NCBI GenBank assembly: GCA_964361705.1
Contig: CAYIBP010000001.1
Coordinates: 26,727-90,726, forward strand
Direction of reading: 5' to 3'
Length of the DNA stretch: 64,000 nucleotides
From: an uncultured Candidatus Saccharibacteria bacterium
Lineage (GTDB): Bacteria > Patescibacteriota > Minisyncoccia > Phycocordibacterales > UBA9973
Shown here one piece after another: positions 62,304 through 64,000 of the stretch (position 1 is the first letter of the stretch; each line of letters opens with the position of its first letter). The notes under the pieces are model-generated. The model saw nothing but the letters and a program-made list of their open reading frames with translations, was not told the origin of the DNA and did not search any database. A program made the translations under genes and the position numbers.

Positions 62304-62672
62304 TTAATCTTCTATTTTTAAATGTTTCATCATTTCCTTTTTTAATTTATTGTCTGGAAGCATACTATAGACAGCCAATCTGACGAGTTCTTTCATTCCT
62401 TTCTTTTCTTTTGTCTCTGTGCCTTTCAAAATACGAAGTCCTCCACGCTCTCCTGAATATCTGACATGATAAAGACTTTCAAGTTTCTTGGCGGTAATTT
62501 TGATTTTAGAAGCGTTTATGACTTTGACATCAACACCTGAATACACATTCCTCTCAAAAGAAGGTTTGTTCTTGCCCATCAAATATATGGCGGTTTCGCT
62601 TGCCACTCTGCCTAGGGTTCTGCCTTCAGCATTTATTTTTTTTTCTTCTTTTGTTTTCTCGTCTTTTTTCAT
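62304..62672 (-). CDS. rplM: 50S ribosomal protein L13 (short form)
   Basis: NAEGRTLGRVAS, LMGKNKP, AVYSMLP; upstream of rpsI. Confidence 0.92.
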   Translation of the reverse strand: MKKDEKTKEEKKINAEGRTLGRVASETAIYLMGKNKPSFERNVYSGVDVKVINASKIKITAKKLESLYHVRYSGERGGLRILKGTETKEKKGMKELVRLAVYSMLPDNKLKKEMMKHLKIED

Positions 62673-62710
62673 TGGTTTTTATACTAAATCATTTACTGAC
62701 TAAAAACAAG

Positions 62711-63064
62711 CTATACAAATTCTATCTGTGCCATTTCCGCTCCGTCTGATTTTCTTACGCCTAATTTTAGAATCCTCGTATAACCTCCTTTTTTGTCTAT
62801 ATATTTTGGAGCTATGATATCAAAGAGTTTCTTGGTTTCTTTTGCTCTATTGGACAAGGAAGAAATAACCAGTCTGCGAGTAGCAATATCATTCTTTTTT
62901 GCCTTAGTAACAATCTTTTCCACAAAAGGACGAAGCTCTTTTGCCTTTGGCAAAGTGGTTTTGATTTTCTCTCGTACGATCAAACTCAAGGCCAAAGAAC
63001 TCATAAGGGCTTTCCTTTGATTTTTATCCAGACCGAATTTTCTTTTGTTGTTGTGGTGTCGCAT
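62711..63064 (-). CDS. rplQ: 50S ribosomal protein L17
   Basis: MRH, IKTTLPKAKELR, GGYTRI, DGAEMA. Confidence 0.97.
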   Translation of the reverse strand: MRHHNNKRKFGLDKNQRKALMSSLALSLIVREKIKTTLPKAKELRPFVEKIVTKAKKNDIATRRLVISSLSNRAKETKKLFDIIAPKYIDKKGGYTRILKLGVRKSDGAEMAQIEFV

Positions 63065-63100
63065 ATGTTTTTAAACTTTCTGTTTTTTATTTTATATAAA

Positions 63101-64000
63101 CTATTCCTTTAGATTAAGGCCAAACTTGCCTAAAACCTTTTTTATTTCGCTGATACCCTTTTCGCCCATGCCTTCTATCTCAAGAAGATCTTCTCTCTTC
63201 TTTCTGGCAAGTCCGCCAAGTGTGCGGATATTCGCGCCAGTGAGAGCATTTAAGGTTCTAGTGGACAAATCAAGACTATCAGTGCGAGTCTTTAGCACAT
63301 CAGTAAAATCTTCAGTTTTCTTTGTCTCGACATTTGTATCTGATGATGCACTTGAGGAGCTATGCGCGGACTTTTTTTCTAATACAACTTCTTCTTCCGG
63401 TTCTTTGAAATCGATAACTGACTTGAGTTGATTAATCATTATCTCTATTGATTTTGTAAAGGCTTCGCGAGGAGTCAAAGTGCCGTCTGTCTCTATAGAC
63501 ATCCTCAAGCGATTGTAGTTTGTATTATCGCCAACACGCATATTTTCTACTTCATAAGAAACACGACGAATCGGAGTAAAGATTCCGTCTACAGCGATAG
63601 TGCCTATATCAACCTTGTCTTTCTGTAACACTTCTTTAGGGATAAAACCAAGCCCCTTCTCTATCCTCATTTCAATATTCAAATTAACCTTGCCTGTAAC
63701 CTCAACTATATGCAAATCGCTATTTAATATCTCTACCTGACCGCCTGTCTTTATATCTCCGGCTTTGACTTCTTTTGGACCCTTTATTGAAAGAGTAACC
63801 ATTTGTGGCTCATCGGTTAGCATTTTATAACGAGCCTTCTTCAAATTTAGAATCATAACAATCACATCTTCTTTGATACCTTCCAAGGTTTCAAATTCAT
63901 GGGAAACTCCTTCTATTTTGATAGAGGTTACGCTCGCACCTGGAAGAGAAGAAAGAATAATCCTTCTTAGACTGTTGCCTAAGGTGTGTCCATATCCGGG
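63101..64000 (-). CDS. rpoA: RNA polymerase alpha subunit (5' end outside window)
   Basis: PGYGHTLGNSLRRIILSSLPG, HEF, EDV..ILNLK, FTPIRRV, alpha-CTD LSTRTLNAL. Confidence 0.97.
   Translation of the reverse strand, partial: PGYGHTLGNSLRRIILSSLPGASVTSIKIEGVSHEFETLEGIKEDVIVMILNLKKARYKMLTDEPQMVTLSIKGPKEVKAGDIKTGGQVEILNSDLHIVEVTGKVNLNIEMRIEKGLGFIPKEVLQKDKVDIGTIAVDGIFTPIRRVSYEVENMRVGDNTNYNRLRMSIETDGTLTPREAFTKSIEIMINQLKSVIDFKEPEEEVVLEKKSAHSSSSASSDTNVETKKTEDFTDVLKTRTDSLDLSTRTLNALTGANIRTLGGLARKKREDLLEIEGMGEKGISEIKKVLGKFGLNLKE

Overview
AT-rich bacterial chromosome segment. Gene content points to Patescibacteria/CPR, Parcubacteria-like (inference): PaaX/Cas2-like genes, archaeal-type AspRS, multi-copy Cys-rich proteins, VirD4-like ATPases, rpoA-rplQ-rplM-rpsI order and mostly SD-less starts. 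1-27 kb is mainly housekeeping (ftsW, mraY, scpAB, msrB, pepN, aspS, trpS, dnaB, recR, rplU, cysS, speB). It includes an Asp T-box with an ultrashort Stem I, a tandem attenuator-like leader and a MITE-like element. 27-44 kb is a grpE-dnaK-dnaJ cluster interleaved with four paralogous Cys-rich zinc-ribbon proteins, two VirD4/TrwB-like ATPases and a PaaX-like regulator. At 44-45 kb a displaced, diverged copy of the grpE 5' end sits next to REP-like sequences. 45-62 kb holds the most unusual locus: a 2367-aa secreted subtilase+lipase protein heading an array of three lipase modules. Each module is followed by its own divergent 4-TM gene carrying a simple-sequence repeat at the same position. Module 2 was truncated where a REP-flanked RAYT transposase now sits and shares an apparently identical 2.19-kb core with the giant gene. 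Module 3 is off by three repeat-tract frameshifts. This resembles a polymorphic lipase effector/immunity array with possible phase variation. No rRNA, tRNA or CRISPR array was seen.
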